From positions 1,950,001 to 1,982,000 of the forward strand of contig OW818675.1 of the NCBI GenBank assembly GCA_942493095.1: a stretch of DNA of 32,000 nt, read 5' to 3'. The stretch is from Candidatus Electronema halotolerans (GTDB lineage: Bacteria; Desulfobacterota; Desulfobulbia; Desulfobulbales; Desulfobulbaceae). How positions within the stretch are numbered: the stretch's first letter is position 1; every line of letters starts with the position of its first letter. Both the position numbers and the translations under genes were made by a program. Below the pieces are notes generated by a model. The model was not told the DNA's origin. It saw only the letters and a list, made by a program, of their open reading frames with translations, and did not search any database. Positions 17,501 through 26,260 of this stretch are shown one piece after another.

Positions 17501-20500
17501 AATGACGGTCTTTACACCAGCTCTTATTTGGACAACATGACATGGCTGGGGCAGAACGTCCAGCCGCTGTACAAAAACCGCTGCGTTGACGATGCGGCCA
17601 AAGAGACTAAGACCGAAAAACAGGCTATTTTCACACACGTGGTCACCACCGGTACGCTGCTGAATGATGGAGCCGGCGAATGCAACCCGGAAACCCTGAT
17701 GGAGCAGGCCGCAATAAACGGCGGCACTAACGATTATTATCCGGGCGAGAATCCGCAGCAGCTGGAGGACAATCTCTACGCTGTCTTTGATGACATCCTC
17801 AGCCGCTCTTCGGCTGGTTCAGCGGCATCGGTCATCTCCAGCTCCAGAAGTGGTGCCGGCGCAGTCTATCAGGCGGTGTTCTGGCCCAAATTTGATGACG
17901 GAGACCCGGACGGAGACGGCACAAGCAACAAAGTGAGCTGGGTCGGTGATGTTCATTCCCTCTTTGTCAGCTCCAAGGGCCTGATGTATGATGACTGGAA
18001 TCAAAACGGCAAGCTGGATGAGGGCAGCGGTGACAACCGGATTCTCTTCTATTTCAGCAATGCGGCCAACAAAACCAGAGGCTGCTATGACGCGGATGCG
18101 GTTGTCGCCACTGGCCAATGTTCTGAACCAGAGGCGAATGGAGACGACCTCGTTCCTGAATGTTCTGCCAAGAATGGCTGCGGGCCTGATCAAGACTGCA
18201 AATGCGTCGAGCTGCAGGACATCAAATACCTGTGGTCGGCAAACAAGAATCTCGCGGACAGGGATGTTGCCAAGGACCGCAAGCTGTTCACATGGAATGA
18301 CTTTAACAATAACGGCATGGTTGATACGGATGAATGGTTCCAGCTCAATGACTCTGTTGACTGGACCGCGTTGGACAATGAGGCTGCCAAAGCCAATCCT
18401 CCCCGTGGGCCAGTGAGCAATGATTTCCTCAAAGAGGACGATATTGAGGATTTTGTCGCCTACGATGCTAGCAGCGACATGAAGAGCAACGCTCTCAAAA
18501 CCTTGACGCTCTGGCTGCAAGGGGTTGATGTGCTGCCTGATCCGACGACCGGGGATGTGACAGTGACTGACACGGACAACAACACGTGGAATGCCAAAGA
18601 GCTGCGGTCAAGAAAGTTCACCTTCCAGACCACAGCGACGGTTGGCGGCACAGAAGTTTCAGGGTATGCCGACAAAACATGGCGGCTGGGCGACATCATC
18701 CATTCCACACCGATGGTTGTGGCCAAGCCTGCTGAACTCTATCATTACATCTACCGTGATCCGACCTACAACAGCTTTGCAACGAAATGGAACGACCGCC
18801 GCAACATGATTTATTTCGGCGGCAATGACGGCATGCTTCATGCGGTGAACGGCGGCTTCTTTTACAACAATCAGTTCTGCTGCACTCCGTTTGACAGCGA
18901 CGGCACTTGCCCGTCTGAGCCGGAAAACGGCGTTTGCGATGGTCATCCTGATCTTGGCGAAGAACTGTGGGCCTACATTCCCTACAATCTTCAGCCTCAT
19001 CTGAAATGTCTGGCTGACAAGTTCTATGCCCACAAGTCCTATGTTGATCTGAAGCCGCGCATTTTTGATGTGCAGATATTTAAAGAAGATGCGACGCATC
19101 CCGGCGGCTGGGGCACCATACTGGTCGGCGGCATGTACTTTGGTGGTACCCCGGTGGCAGCTGTGGATTTGAATGACACCGCGAATGACAACCGGAAATT
19201 CATCTCCGCCTACTTTGTCCTTGACATCACTGATCCTGGAAGTGATCCTGTGCTGCTCGGTGAGATGACGCAGACTCTCAAGAAGGACAGCGACGGAAAC
19301 CTGATCCAAGACGGCAGCGGAAACTACGTGGATGAATATGCGGACATGCAGTACACCGCCTCCTCGCCGTCCATGATCATCATGCGTAAGGGCGGAGCGA
19401 ATGATGTCAAATCACAATGGTATCTGACGCTTGGCAGCGGTCCGGCAGATATGGACGGGGCCAACAACAGCGGCGCGCAGGGCAAGCTGGCGGTCATCCC
19501 GCTCGACTGGATGGAAGGCGGAGTGACAAGCTGGACCAAAGGTGTGCCGACCAATGTCAGCGATGTCTCTAAAAAACCGTTCCGCATTCCTAATGAAAAA
19601 CCTAAGGCCGGTTCCCAAGGCGGCACCTTCCCTGTTCCTTGGCCAAACAACGACAGCACCAGCGCCAGCTCCATCTCTGATATTATCTCTATCGATTACA
19701 ATATCGATCTGTCCTCAGCAGGCGACGACCTCGGTGCGCGGTACTGCACAGATGCCATCTATTTCGGCACTGTGGATGGCACTGACTTTGAGAAATATCC
19801 GTCCAGCTATCTTGACGGCGCAGCAGACCAGTTCTACTGGAACGGAGGCGGCAGAGTCTTCCGGTTAGTCACCAAGATAATGACCAGCAAGGAGGACACC
19901 AACAACAACAACCAGTTGGATGAGGGCGAAGACACCAATAACAACGGTGTCTTGGATACCTATGTTGAAGCCGCATCGCTCCCGTCAGAGTGGGCGGGCA
20001 AATGGGATGACGGAAATCCGCTGCGGCTGCTGGCTGATGTTGGAATGCCGGTTGTCGGCGCGCAGTCTGTCGGCTACGACAACTGGAATTACTGGGTCTA
20101 TGCGGGCACAGGGCGCTTCTTTGGCGAGAAGGACAAGACGGATGACGGCTGGTGTCTCAGTGCTGACTGCTCGGACAAAGGGGACAGAAGCAAAGCTGCC
20201 ATCTTTGGCCTCAAAGAGCCGCTGATGGATAAAATATCCGGCTTTGATAACTGGACTGCCGCTCACACACCGTTAAGCTCGTCCTTCACCTGTGCGGACA
20301 GGGTGATGACATGGGCAACAATCAATTGGGATATCAACGTTGACAGCAACGATGAACTGCCCAAAAATGTCTCTTCCTCTGATCCTCCAGCTCCTTCAAA
20401 CAACAAAGCCGGGGAGCGCGGTCTGATGCGGACAGACAATATTCTCGTGGATAACACGGGGGCTTTGTACTGTTATTACTGCGCGACAGACCTCGCCGAC

Positions 20501-21145
20501 CCATCTCTGTACCAATGCGGCAAAACAGATGGATTGACTGGCGCGACTCTGGATGATGGAGATTGCTTTCCTGGCGGCACAAACGGGCTGATCTGGGATG
20601 CGACTAACGGGCGTTACGCCTTTGACAATCTCCAAAGGTACATTGCCGGAGAGGCTTTCAATCCAACAGGAAATGGGCAAGGGTGCATTGAGAATACCGG
20701 AACTGGCTTGGACGGCTGGTATCACGCCTTCCATGATCCCCGCGAACGGAATCTCGGTGCTTCGGCCCTGCTGGGCGGTCTGCTGACCTTCACCACCTAT
20801 CAGCCTTATAACGACAAGTGCCAAGCTGAGGGCCAGAGCTATCTGTACGGCATTCACTTCCAGACCGGCACAGCTTGGACAGAGACGGTCTTCGGCACCT
20901 TTGACGAGAATTTGAGCAACGGAAGTGACAGCGCCAGCAAGAAAACTGTTGTTAAAGACAAGCTGAGTCTGGGCCGGGGTCTGTCCACCACCCCCAGCAT
21001 GCATGTCGGCAGCGACAGCGACAATGATGCCAAGGCCTTCATTCAGACCAGCACCGGGGAGATCATTGAGGTCGAGCAGAAAAACCTGCCTATCACAGCC
21101 GGAAGAAGCGGCAGGCAGAACTGGAATGACCGCCTGAGCAAATAA
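14597..21145 (+). CDS. pilY1: PilY1-type pilus adhesin/assembly factor (2182 aa) with vWA-like N-region and C-terminal PilY1 domain
   Basis: Signal peptide; NLLMVLDNSGSM (MIDAS-like); C-terminal SNDFLKEDDIEDFVAYDA..., WRLGDIIHSTPMVV, YFGGNDGMLHAVNGG, ILVGGMYFGGTPVAAVDL and RVFRLVTKI PilY1 signatures; SD aggagg at 14585. Confidence 0.93.
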   Translation: MKKICCAALFGLTGAVLLPAAGLAANVCGQGVGIPPFLSSGAKPNLLMVLDNSGSMLDAAYTDTTYCSDGSTCNTNTGKCTDGSECGAFCFDDTYDKDTTYAGYFQNDQWYVWTEGTYKPWVNGKTDYKKGDRVYVQGVIWEANNDGTSSGTSPDDDANVIWSKVFSIPKWKNGATYSKDDIVWSGPQLYKALNAGTSTDSNPVDGTNLEGSNTTNVTWEAVDSTWLNGKEYGAGDIVAYRGVLYETAAGGTSNGTSVYDDTGVIWNSLDEGSFVAVSMSGAQTACSTAPGATNKYTNGELCISLNTTPEPDQVAAFAARGNLLNWAAASKFDVEKKILTGGKYNYKEQFLVSEHRGCSGSRLIKQIQIAGAGTADTADDKFLSLGVRSSRYSDAPLYEDRIDSTDDTGRLEVLAITNKGYQMSDKCQYAIDKIAKNDGDLNGTQNAIDQCITSFPSSNSKLTDMRPALNHSLQACWQDDPTTDVFEINNGKFKSLVDACWALYTGEGNGQLSTDGRKYDPAELRPADGGPYICYGLYDSGVDAENRTGYIGRVWNTLGEGSSMTCNPWKPSDVPYTCPGSATTCYWEYNADNQPVAVAITKDGEPAYKNDGNMVYKCTSWLKGECKDNGLEQVYKRSDGAFYYDDSTCGISEGSTTGSDWENPDWADSPADPTNNGIVQAIKDYCDALRIPEVIDPSDAAGKTSSTGGMPGLLRDSELMAFLGGGEPLATMKSYIYQAKRPEGVVHRVAGDLRLGVMSFRYVGAKTECDLAETDSKIEKYCPLNNMDGALLRTPLEVGDYVTDSDDSSYESGKRRHVDDLAEAINTTRGTSWTPLAEAMYEAIGYYTQNINFCLNKDASTGECMDFPTADNPAYFPTVTKSDPIQYWCQDNHILVITEGESTADINEQVKKLSGQVKEDDPHILSKNCPGTCTTHGQESGCLSGPLDKLKSGDGDDPDGDGADNTVCNDGLYTSSYLDNMTWLGQNVQPLYKNRCVDDAAKETKTEKQAIFTHVVTTGTLLNDGAGECNPETLMEQAAINGGTNDYYPGENPQQLEDNLYAVFDDILSRSSAGSAASVISSSRSGAGAVYQAVFWPKFDDGDPDGDGTSNKVSWVGDVHSLFVSSKGLMYDDWNQNGKLDEGSGDNRILFYFSNAANKTRGCYDADAVVATGQCSEPEANGDDLVPECSAKNGCGPDQDCKCVELQDIKYLWSANKNLADRDVAKDRKLFTWNDFNNNGMVDTDEWFQLNDSVDWTALDNEAAKANPPRGPVSNDFLKEDDIEDFVAYDASSDMKSNALKTLTLWLQGVDVLPDPTTGDVTVTDTDNNTWNAKELRSRKFTFQTTATVGGTEVSGYADKTWRLGDIIHSTPMVVAKPAELYHYIYRDPTYNSFATKWNDRRNMIYFGGNDGMLHAVNGGFFYNNQFCCTPFDSDGTCPSEPENGVCDGHPDLGEELWAYIPYNLQPHLKCLADKFYAHKSYVDLKPRIFDVQIFKEDATHPGGWGTILVGGMYFGGTPVAAVDLNDTANDNRKFISAYFVLDITDPGSDPVLLGEMTQTLKKDSDGNLIQDGSGNYVDEYADMQYTASSPSMIIMRKGGANDVKSQWYLTLGSGPADMDGANNSGAQGKLAVIPLDWMEGGVTSWTKGVPTNVSDVSKKPFRIPNEKPKAGSQGGTFPVPWPNNDSTSASSISDIISIDYNIDLSSAGDDLGARYCTDAIYFGTVDGTDFEKYPSSYLDGAADQFYWNGGGRVFRLVTKIMTSKEDTNNNNQLDEGEDTNNNGVLDTYVEAASLPSEWAGKWDDGNPLRLLADVGMPVVGAQSVGYDNWNYWVYAGTGRFFGEKDKTDDGWCLSADCSDKGDRSKAAIFGLKEPLMDKISGFDNWTAAHTPLSSSFTCADRVMTWATINWDINVDSNDELPKNVSSSDPPAPSNNKAGERGLMRTDNILVDNTGALYCYYCATDLADPSLYQCGKTDGLTGATLDDGDCFPGGTNGLIWDATNGRYAFDNLQRYIAGEAFNPTGNGQGCIENTGTGLDGWYHAFHDPRERNLGASALLGGLLTFTTYQPYNDKCQAEGQSYLYGIHFQTGTAWTETVFGTFDENLSNGSDSASKKTVVKDKLSLGRGLSTTPSMHVGSDSDNDAKAFIQTSTGEIIEVEQKNLPITAGRSGRQNWNDRLSK
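14950..15410 (+). repeat. Three tandem CBM5/12-like (chitin/carbohydrate-binding type) repeats encoded within pilY1
   Basis: WVNGKTDYKKGDRVYVQGVIWEANNDG...WSKV; WKNGATYSKDDIVWSGPQLYKALNAG...WEAV; WLNGKEYGAGDIVAYRGVLYETAAGG...WNSL. Shared pattern W-x2-G-x2-Y-x2-GD-x-V-x3-G-x2-Y-x-A...W. Confidence 0.75.
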
Positions 21146-21168
21146 TCAACCTTCACCTTGATGCTTGC

Positions 21169-21203
21169 AAGAGCTTTCGGCCTGTGCCGGAAGCTCTTTT
21201 TTT
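21169..21203 (+). terminator. Rho-independent terminator after pilY1
   Basis: AGAGCTTTCGG-CCTGTG-CCGGAAGCTCT stem (one G-U) followed by a T7 run. Confidence 0.85.
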
Positions 21204-21221
21204 ATCCGGCAGGCAGGCGGA

Positions 21222-22679
21222 CTACTCCTCCCACTCGCGTTCATCCCGCGCCAGCAAAGCCACTGAAGCCACCGGCCCCCAGCTTCCTGCGGGGTAGGGT
21301 TTGAGCGGCTCGCTGGTTCTGGCCCACGCCTCTTGAATGGAGTCGATCCATTGCCACGAGCGTTCCACCTCGTCGCGGCAGATGAACAGGGCCTGCTTGC
21401 CTTGCATGACCTCCAGAATGAGCCGCTCATAAGCGCCAGCAATGCGTTCCTTGCTGAAGGCTTCGGAAAAACTCAGGTCCAGCATGGACCGCTGAAGGCG
21501 GAGGCCGTCGCTCAGGCCCGGCACCTTATTGAGCATCTCAATCTCCACGCCCTCGTCTGGCTGGAGGCGGATGATCAGCTTGTTGGCTGGCAGCTTGCGG
21601 CTGTTGCCGGTGAAGATGTTGTGCGGCAGGGGCTTGTAGTTGATCACCACCTCGGAGCGTTTGCAGGCCATCGCCTTGCCCGTGCGCAGATAGAACGGCA
21701 CTCCGGCCCAGCGCCAGTTGTCAATATCCACCCGGATGGCGACAAAGGTTTCGGTGCTGGAGGCAGGATGACCGCCCTGCTCTTCCAAGTAGCCGGGCAC
21801 AGCCTTGCCCTTGATAAAGCCTGGCCCGTACTGGCCGCGCACCACCCGCTTGTCCACATTCTTGGCCGTGATGGGCCGCAATGCCTTGAGCACCTTGAGT
21901 TTCTCGTTGCGCAGGCTGTCGTCGTTCAGATTGACCGGCGGCTCCATCGCCACGAGGGTCAGTATCTGCATCAGGTGATTCTGCACCATGTCACGGAGCT
22001 GGCCTGCCTGATCAAAATAGCCCCAGCGGCTGCCAATGGCCACTTCCTCGGCCACGGTGATCTGGACATGGTCAATGGTGTTGTGATCCCAGTTGGTGGT
22101 GAAGATCGAGTTGGCAAAGCGCAGGGCGAGCAGATTCATGACCGTTTCTTTGCCCAAGTAGTGGTCAATGCGATAGACCTGCTGCTCGCTGAAGACCGTG
22201 GCCACGAGGTCGTTGATCTCTTGCGAGGTGGCCAAGTTGCGGCCAATAGGCTTCTCCAGCACCACTCTGGTTGTTGGAGTCACCAGACCAGCCTGCGCCA
22301 GGCCGGTGCATATCGGGCCAAACAGGGACGGCGCCACTGAGAAGTAGCTGACAAAGACCCGCTCTTGGGGATTGACCACCTCCAGCAGGCGGATGTATTC
22401 CTCCGGCATGTCAAGGTTGATCAGGACATAGCGCATCCGGGCCAGCAGCCGTTCGACAGTCTCGCTCTCCAGCGGCTCACTGACAAAGCTCTGGAGCTTG
22501 CCGCGCACCTCCTCCAGAAAGGCCTCTTGGCTGAGGTCATGGCGGGCTGCGCCGATGATGCGGGTCTCCGGGTGGAGCAGGCCCGCCTTTTCGAGCTGGT
22601 AAAGAGATGGGAGGAGATTGCGCTGGGACAGATCGCCCAGCACGCCGAAGATGGTGAAGTCGCAGGCTTGTTTTTCCAT
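21222..22679 (-). CDS. zwf: Glucose-6-phosphate 1-dehydrogenase
   Basis: DFTIFGVLGDLSQRNLLPSLYQLEKAGLL, VVLEKPIGRNLATSQEIN, RIDHYLGKETVMNLLALRFANSIF. The track ORF opens at 22979 inside ispDF; the homology start is MEKQACDF at 22679. Confidence 0.95.
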   Translation of the reverse strand: MEKQACDFTIFGVLGDLSQRNLLPSLYQLEKAGLLHPETRIIGAARHDLSQEAFLEEVRGKLQSFVSEPLESETVERLLARMRYVLINLDMPEEYIRLLEVVNPQERVFVSYFSVAPSLFGPICTGLAQAGLVTPTTRVVLEKPIGRNLATSQEINDLVATVFSEQQVYRIDHYLGKETVMNLLALRFANSIFTTNWDHNTIDHVQITVAEEVAIGSRWGYFDQAGQLRDMVQNHLMQILTLVAMEPPVNLNDDSLRNEKLKVLKALRPITAKNVDKRVVRGQYGPGFIKGKAVPGYLEEQGGHPASSTETFVAIRVDIDNWRWAGVPFYLRTGKAMACKRSEVVINYKPLPHNIFTGNSRKLPANKLIIRLQPDEGVEIEMLNKVPGLSDGLRLQRSMLDLSFSEAFSKERIAGAYERLILEVMQGKQALFICRDEVERSWQWIDSIQEAWARTSEPLKPYPAGSWGPVASVALLARDEREWEE

Positions 22680-22701
22680 AACTGGTTGGTCAGAGTCGTG
22701 T

Positions 22702-23919
22702 TCAGCCGCTGGCGCGCAGCAGCACAATGGCGTGGGCGCTGATGCCTTCGCCCCGACCAGTATAGCCCATTCTCTCCGTGGTTGTCGCCTTGATATTGAG
22801 CTGCTCCGCTGCGCAGACGGTGCTGAGATTGCTCTGCATGGCCGGAATATGCGGGGCCAGCTTGGGCTGCTGGCAGATGACGGTGATGTCGGCATTGATG
22901 ATGCGCATCTGGCGCGCCCTGACCAAGTCCATGACCCGCGCCAGCAGGATAAGGCTGTCCGCGCCCCGGTACTGCTCATCTGTGTCCGGGAAATGACGGC
23001 CTATGTCTCCCTCGCCCAGTGCGCCAAGGATGGCATCCATCAGGGCATGAACCAAGACATCCGCATCTGAATGCCCTTGCAGGCCAAGATGATAGGGAAT
23101 GTCCACCCCGCCGAGAATCAGCTTGCGTCCAGCAACCAAGCGGTGCGCGTCAAAGCCTTGGCCAATGCGCATGATGCGCTCCTTTTCTTGCAGCAGCCCG
23201 GCAGCGATGCGCAGATCATCGGGCCGGGTAATCTTGATGTTTTCCTCACTGCCCATGACCACAGCCACCGGAATGCCCGCATGTTCAAGCAGAGATGCCT
23301 CGTCCGTGCCGAGAAAGCCGTCCACCTCAACCTGCTTGCATGCCTGCTCCAGCAGCTCCCGCCTCATGCCCTGCGGAGTCTGGGCCTGCCAGAGCGAACT
23401 GCGGTCAACAGTGCGAGTTATGCAATTATTCGCAACTTCCTTCAGGGTGTCTTTGACCGGCACCGCCGCAATCACGGCCCCGTGCTCTTCCATGCCAGAT
23501 AAACAGCGGTCAATGACTGCAGCACTGACCAAGGGCCGGGCTGCGTCATGCACTAAAATGCGCGCAACTGCAGCGGGCAAAGCCTGCAAGCCATTGCGCA
23601 CTGAGGCTTGGCGCGTCTCGCCGCCTGCGGTAAAAAGGAGCTTGCTCCGCTGGGCTGGGCTGAGATAAGGACGGAGCAGGTCTGCCCCAAACTGAAGCTG
23701 ATCCGGCGGCAGGACAGCGACAACTGCGCTGACCGCAGGATGATCAAGAAAGACCAGCAGGGTTCGGGCCAGCACCGGCATTCCGGCCAGCTCCAGAAAC
23801 TGCTTGGGCTGGTCTGTGTGCATGCGGCGGCCAAAACCGGCAGCAGGGATGATGATGCCGAGAATGCCGGGCTGAGATGGAATATTGCAAAACCAGCGAA
23901 GTTCCTTGCCTGTGGCCAT
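22702..23919 (-). CDS. ispDF: Bifunctional 2-C-methyl-D-erythritol 4-phosphate cytidylyltransferase / 2,4-cyclodiphosphate synthase (IspD-IspF fusion)
   Basis: IspD: IIPAAGFGRRMHTDQPKQFLELAG, LVHDAARPLVS, VKDTLKEV, LWQAQTPQ. IspF: RIGQGFDAHRLVAGRKLILGGVDIPYHLGLQGHSDADVLVHALMDAILGA, IGRHFPDTD, KATTTERMGYTGRGEGI. Confidence 0.96.
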   Translation of the reverse strand: MATGKELRWFCNIPSQPGILGIIIPAAGFGRRMHTDQPKQFLELAGMPVLARTLLVFLDHPAVSAVVAVLPPDQLQFGADLLRPYLSPAQRSKLLFTAGGETRQASVRNGLQALPAAVARILVHDAARPLVSAAVIDRCLSGMEEHGAVIAAVPVKDTLKEVANNCITRTVDRSSLWQAQTPQGMRRELLEQACKQVEVDGFLGTDEASLLEHAGIPVAVVMGSEENIKITRPDDLRIAAGLLQEKERIMRIGQGFDAHRLVAGRKLILGGVDIPYHLGLQGHSDADVLVHALMDAILGALGEGDIGRHFPDTDEQYRGADSLILLARVMDLVRARQMRIINADITVICQQPKLAPHIPAMQSNLSTVCAAEQLNIKATTTERMGYTGRGEGISAHAIVLLRASG

Positions 23920-25625
23920 CAGAAATCAAACCTCCAAATTCCCGCAGCAATATCCGCCATCCGCTTCTGCCGGGATTCAACCTTCTGCTCATCCCAGCTG
24001 TCGTAATGCTCGGCCACAGCCTGCGTCATCTTGAATGCGCTGCGCTGATACACGGCCCGCTTCGTTTGATAGTCCTTATTGCCAAGTTCCCGGTTGCGGC
24101 TGGTTTCAAGCGGAGTCATGTTGCCAAGCCGGTATTTCATCCGCTCCTGTTTCGCTTCCTCAATGACAGACCATGCCTCTGACGGATGCTCAGGAAGGAT
24201 GTGCTCAATGCTGTAGGTCGCGCTTTCAACGTCAAACTCCTGCTGATACTTCTGCCGTTCAATTTCAAAAAGAATATAGCGCACGATCTTCTTGTTCCGG
24301 CTGAACGAAGTTCGCAGTTCCTTTTCCGCAAAGGCTGTTTTGAACAGGCTGTCGTCAGGATAGACTGCTCCCAAGGCAGCAAGCAACGCTGCCGTGCTCG
24401 CATACTTTTTGTCGGAGACATTGCGGGCAATCTCGTTGTACAGCCGCTCTTGATCATGTGTCGGGAGATTGCAGATCACGTTGTAACGGAAAGATGCGAT
24501 TGTGACCGCCCGCATGATGCGGGTGAACACCGCCCGTTCCGCTTCATAATACCGCTCATAGCAGGCCATGAGCATGGCTAACGGCTGCCGCACTTTGAAC
24601 ATCATCAATTGCCGAAGATACTGCCGCTCATCAGCGCTCCAAGCAGCATCCTGCGGATCACGGAGAGCCGCATACACTGCGGCGGCCTGATCTAAATCCC
24701 GCAGCAACTGAAATGCTGTCTCCCGTGAGTTGATCTGTTTTCGGATAGTCTTGAACAGTTCAGACTTCCTGACCAATCTGTTGCGGCTGTTCCAAAAAAT
24801 CCGCAGAAACTCAGGAAAGCTCTCGCTGCCCAACAGGTCAACGATTCCCTCCCAGCGTTCTTCAAGCGAGGTCATCTCGACTTCATGCTCGGTCTCTCTG
24901 CTGATAATGGAAAACAGATAATTTTTCAGCAGATCAGTTGCCGACAGCCGCACTCCCCGCGCATTGAGCGTTTCAAAGACCGTGAAGGCGTTCAGCTCGT
25001 CAGTCACCGAGATGACCGTGAAAAAGAGCTTGTCCGCCAGCATCTCGACAAACTCGGCCAGCTTCCTGCCGCTCGCCTCTGTGGTTCCGCAGTGCTTTTT
25101 GATGCGCTCCTTGAACCAGATGAACGCCTTTCTCAGCTTATGCTCAGAGGCGTTCAAGCGCCGCTGGGGTATTTTTCCCAGCGGAACCAGATAGGTCTGA
25201 TAAAAGCGGTTGTTGTGCCGGTTCAACTCCAGCTTGGAATGCGACACCAAGCTCACCGGATCAAGATAACCGATGTAGCTGTTCCGCAATTGCTCCGCCC
25301 GTCTGCGGTTGTTGTCCGTATCTGCACCTGATGCAGACATATCCTCAAGCAGACTCAGGCTGGCCAGCACCAGCACGCTGAGAGTCGTCAGCCGCTGCTG
25401 GCCGTCAATGATGGCAAACCGTTTGCTGTCCGAGGACTGCAGCACCAGATATCCCATGTAATGGGCTGGCTCGCCGTCTTCCTCAAGGAGACCGAGCATG
25501 TCCAGCCAGAGGTCATCCCACTCCTCCTCTGTCCACGAGTAGTCGCGCTGAAAAGGCGGCACCCGGTAGCTGAGACCATTGCCCAGCAGCTGGCGGAAGG
25601 TGTTGTTGGCGGTGTTGAAATTCAT
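23919..25625 (-). CDS. DUF262 + DUF1524 (HNH-like) protein, GmrSD-type putative modification-dependent nuclease
   Basis: DUF262: YRVPPFQRDYSWTEEEWDDLWLDM, FAIIDGQQRLTTLSVL. DUF1524: YSIEHILPEHPSEAW...YRLGNMTPLETSRNRELGNKDYQTKRAVYQRS. Confidence 0.85.
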   Translation of the reverse strand: MNFNTANNTFRQLLGNGLSYRVPPFQRDYSWTEEEWDDLWLDMLGLLEEDGEPAHYMGYLVLQSSDSKRFAIIDGQQRLTTLSVLVLASLSLLEDMSASGADTDNNRRRAEQLRNSYIGYLDPVSLVSHSKLELNRHNNRFYQTYLVPLGKIPQRRLNASEHKLRKAFIWFKERIKKHCGTTEASGRKLAEFVEMLADKLFFTVISVTDELNAFTVFETLNARGVRLSATDLLKNYLFSIISRETEHEVEMTSLEERWEGIVDLLGSESFPEFLRIFWNSRNRLVRKSELFKTIRKQINSRETAFQLLRDLDQAAAVYAALRDPQDAAWSADERQYLRQLMMFKVRQPLAMLMACYERYYEAERAVFTRIMRAVTIASFRYNVICNLPTHDQERLYNEIARNVSDKKYASTAALLAALGAVYPDDSLFKTAFAEKELRTSFSRNKKIVRYILFEIERQKYQQEFDVESATYSIEHILPEHPSEAWSVIEEAKQERMKYRLGNMTPLETSRNRELGNKDYQTKRAVYQRSAFKMTQAVAEHYDSWDEQKVESRQKRMADIAAGIWRFDF

Positions 25626-25643
25626 GTCGCTCGTCTCGCATAA

Positions 25644-26237
25644 CTACAGCCGCAGCACCACATGCACCACATCCGGGTCTTCGCCGCTCGTGCTGATATT
25701 GAAGCCGAGCTTGGCAGCCAGGGTGAGCATGTCATTATTAGTAGAGAGCACATCGCCTTCCATGAGCTGCAAACCATGACTGCGGGCCGCAGCAAGGAGT
25801 TGCTGCATGAGCAGATGGGCAATGCCTTGCCGCTGCCATTCATCGGCCACGACAATGGCGAATTCGCAGCTCCGGCCATCCGGGTTGATGCTGTAGCGGG
25901 CCAGCATCTGCGGACTGAGTTCGTCAATCGCCTGCATGAAGCGGAAATACTTGCTCTGCTCAGAGAGATTGCGGACAAATTCCTGCTCCATGTCCGCATC
26001 CTCTGGCCGGATGGGCCGGATGACCATGTCCATGCCATTGGGCAGCTGCCGCTTGGTGACAAAATGGGCTGGATACGGATAAATAGCCATGTGGCTGTAG
26101 CGGTCGGAAGTCATCGCGTGAAAATCAACCACGATCCGCGCATCCACGGCCATTGCCCCGTGCTCATCGACAATCAGGGGGTTGATGTCCAGCTCCTTGA
26201 CCAAGGGCAGCTCGCAGGCGATTTCCGAGACCCGCAG
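25644..26237 (-). pseudogene. Truncated, internally deleted duplicate of the 3' end of the acyl-CoA synthetase/GNAT gene at 28759-31437
   Basis: Encodes RVSEIACELPLVKELDINPLIVDEHGAM...DELSPQMLAR/YSINPDGRSCEF...VVHVVLRL, nearly identical to the C-terminus of the 892-aa protein but lacking its N-terminal part and an in-frame 30-aa segment. Confidence 0.85.
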
Positions 26238-26260
26238 AGACAGTGTCAAGATGCAAAATA

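Noticed and set aside
21333-22340. 335-aa plus-strand ORF
   Set aside because: Antisense to zwf, whose protein motifs are unambiguous.
25644-26249. Independent functional GNAT acetyltransferase gene
   Set aside because: It starts at a TTG in non-homologous sequence, lacks the CoA-binding and most of the ATP-grasp region, and has lost 30 aa of the GNAT region compared with the full copy; treated as a pseudogene fragment, though residual expression cannot be excluded.
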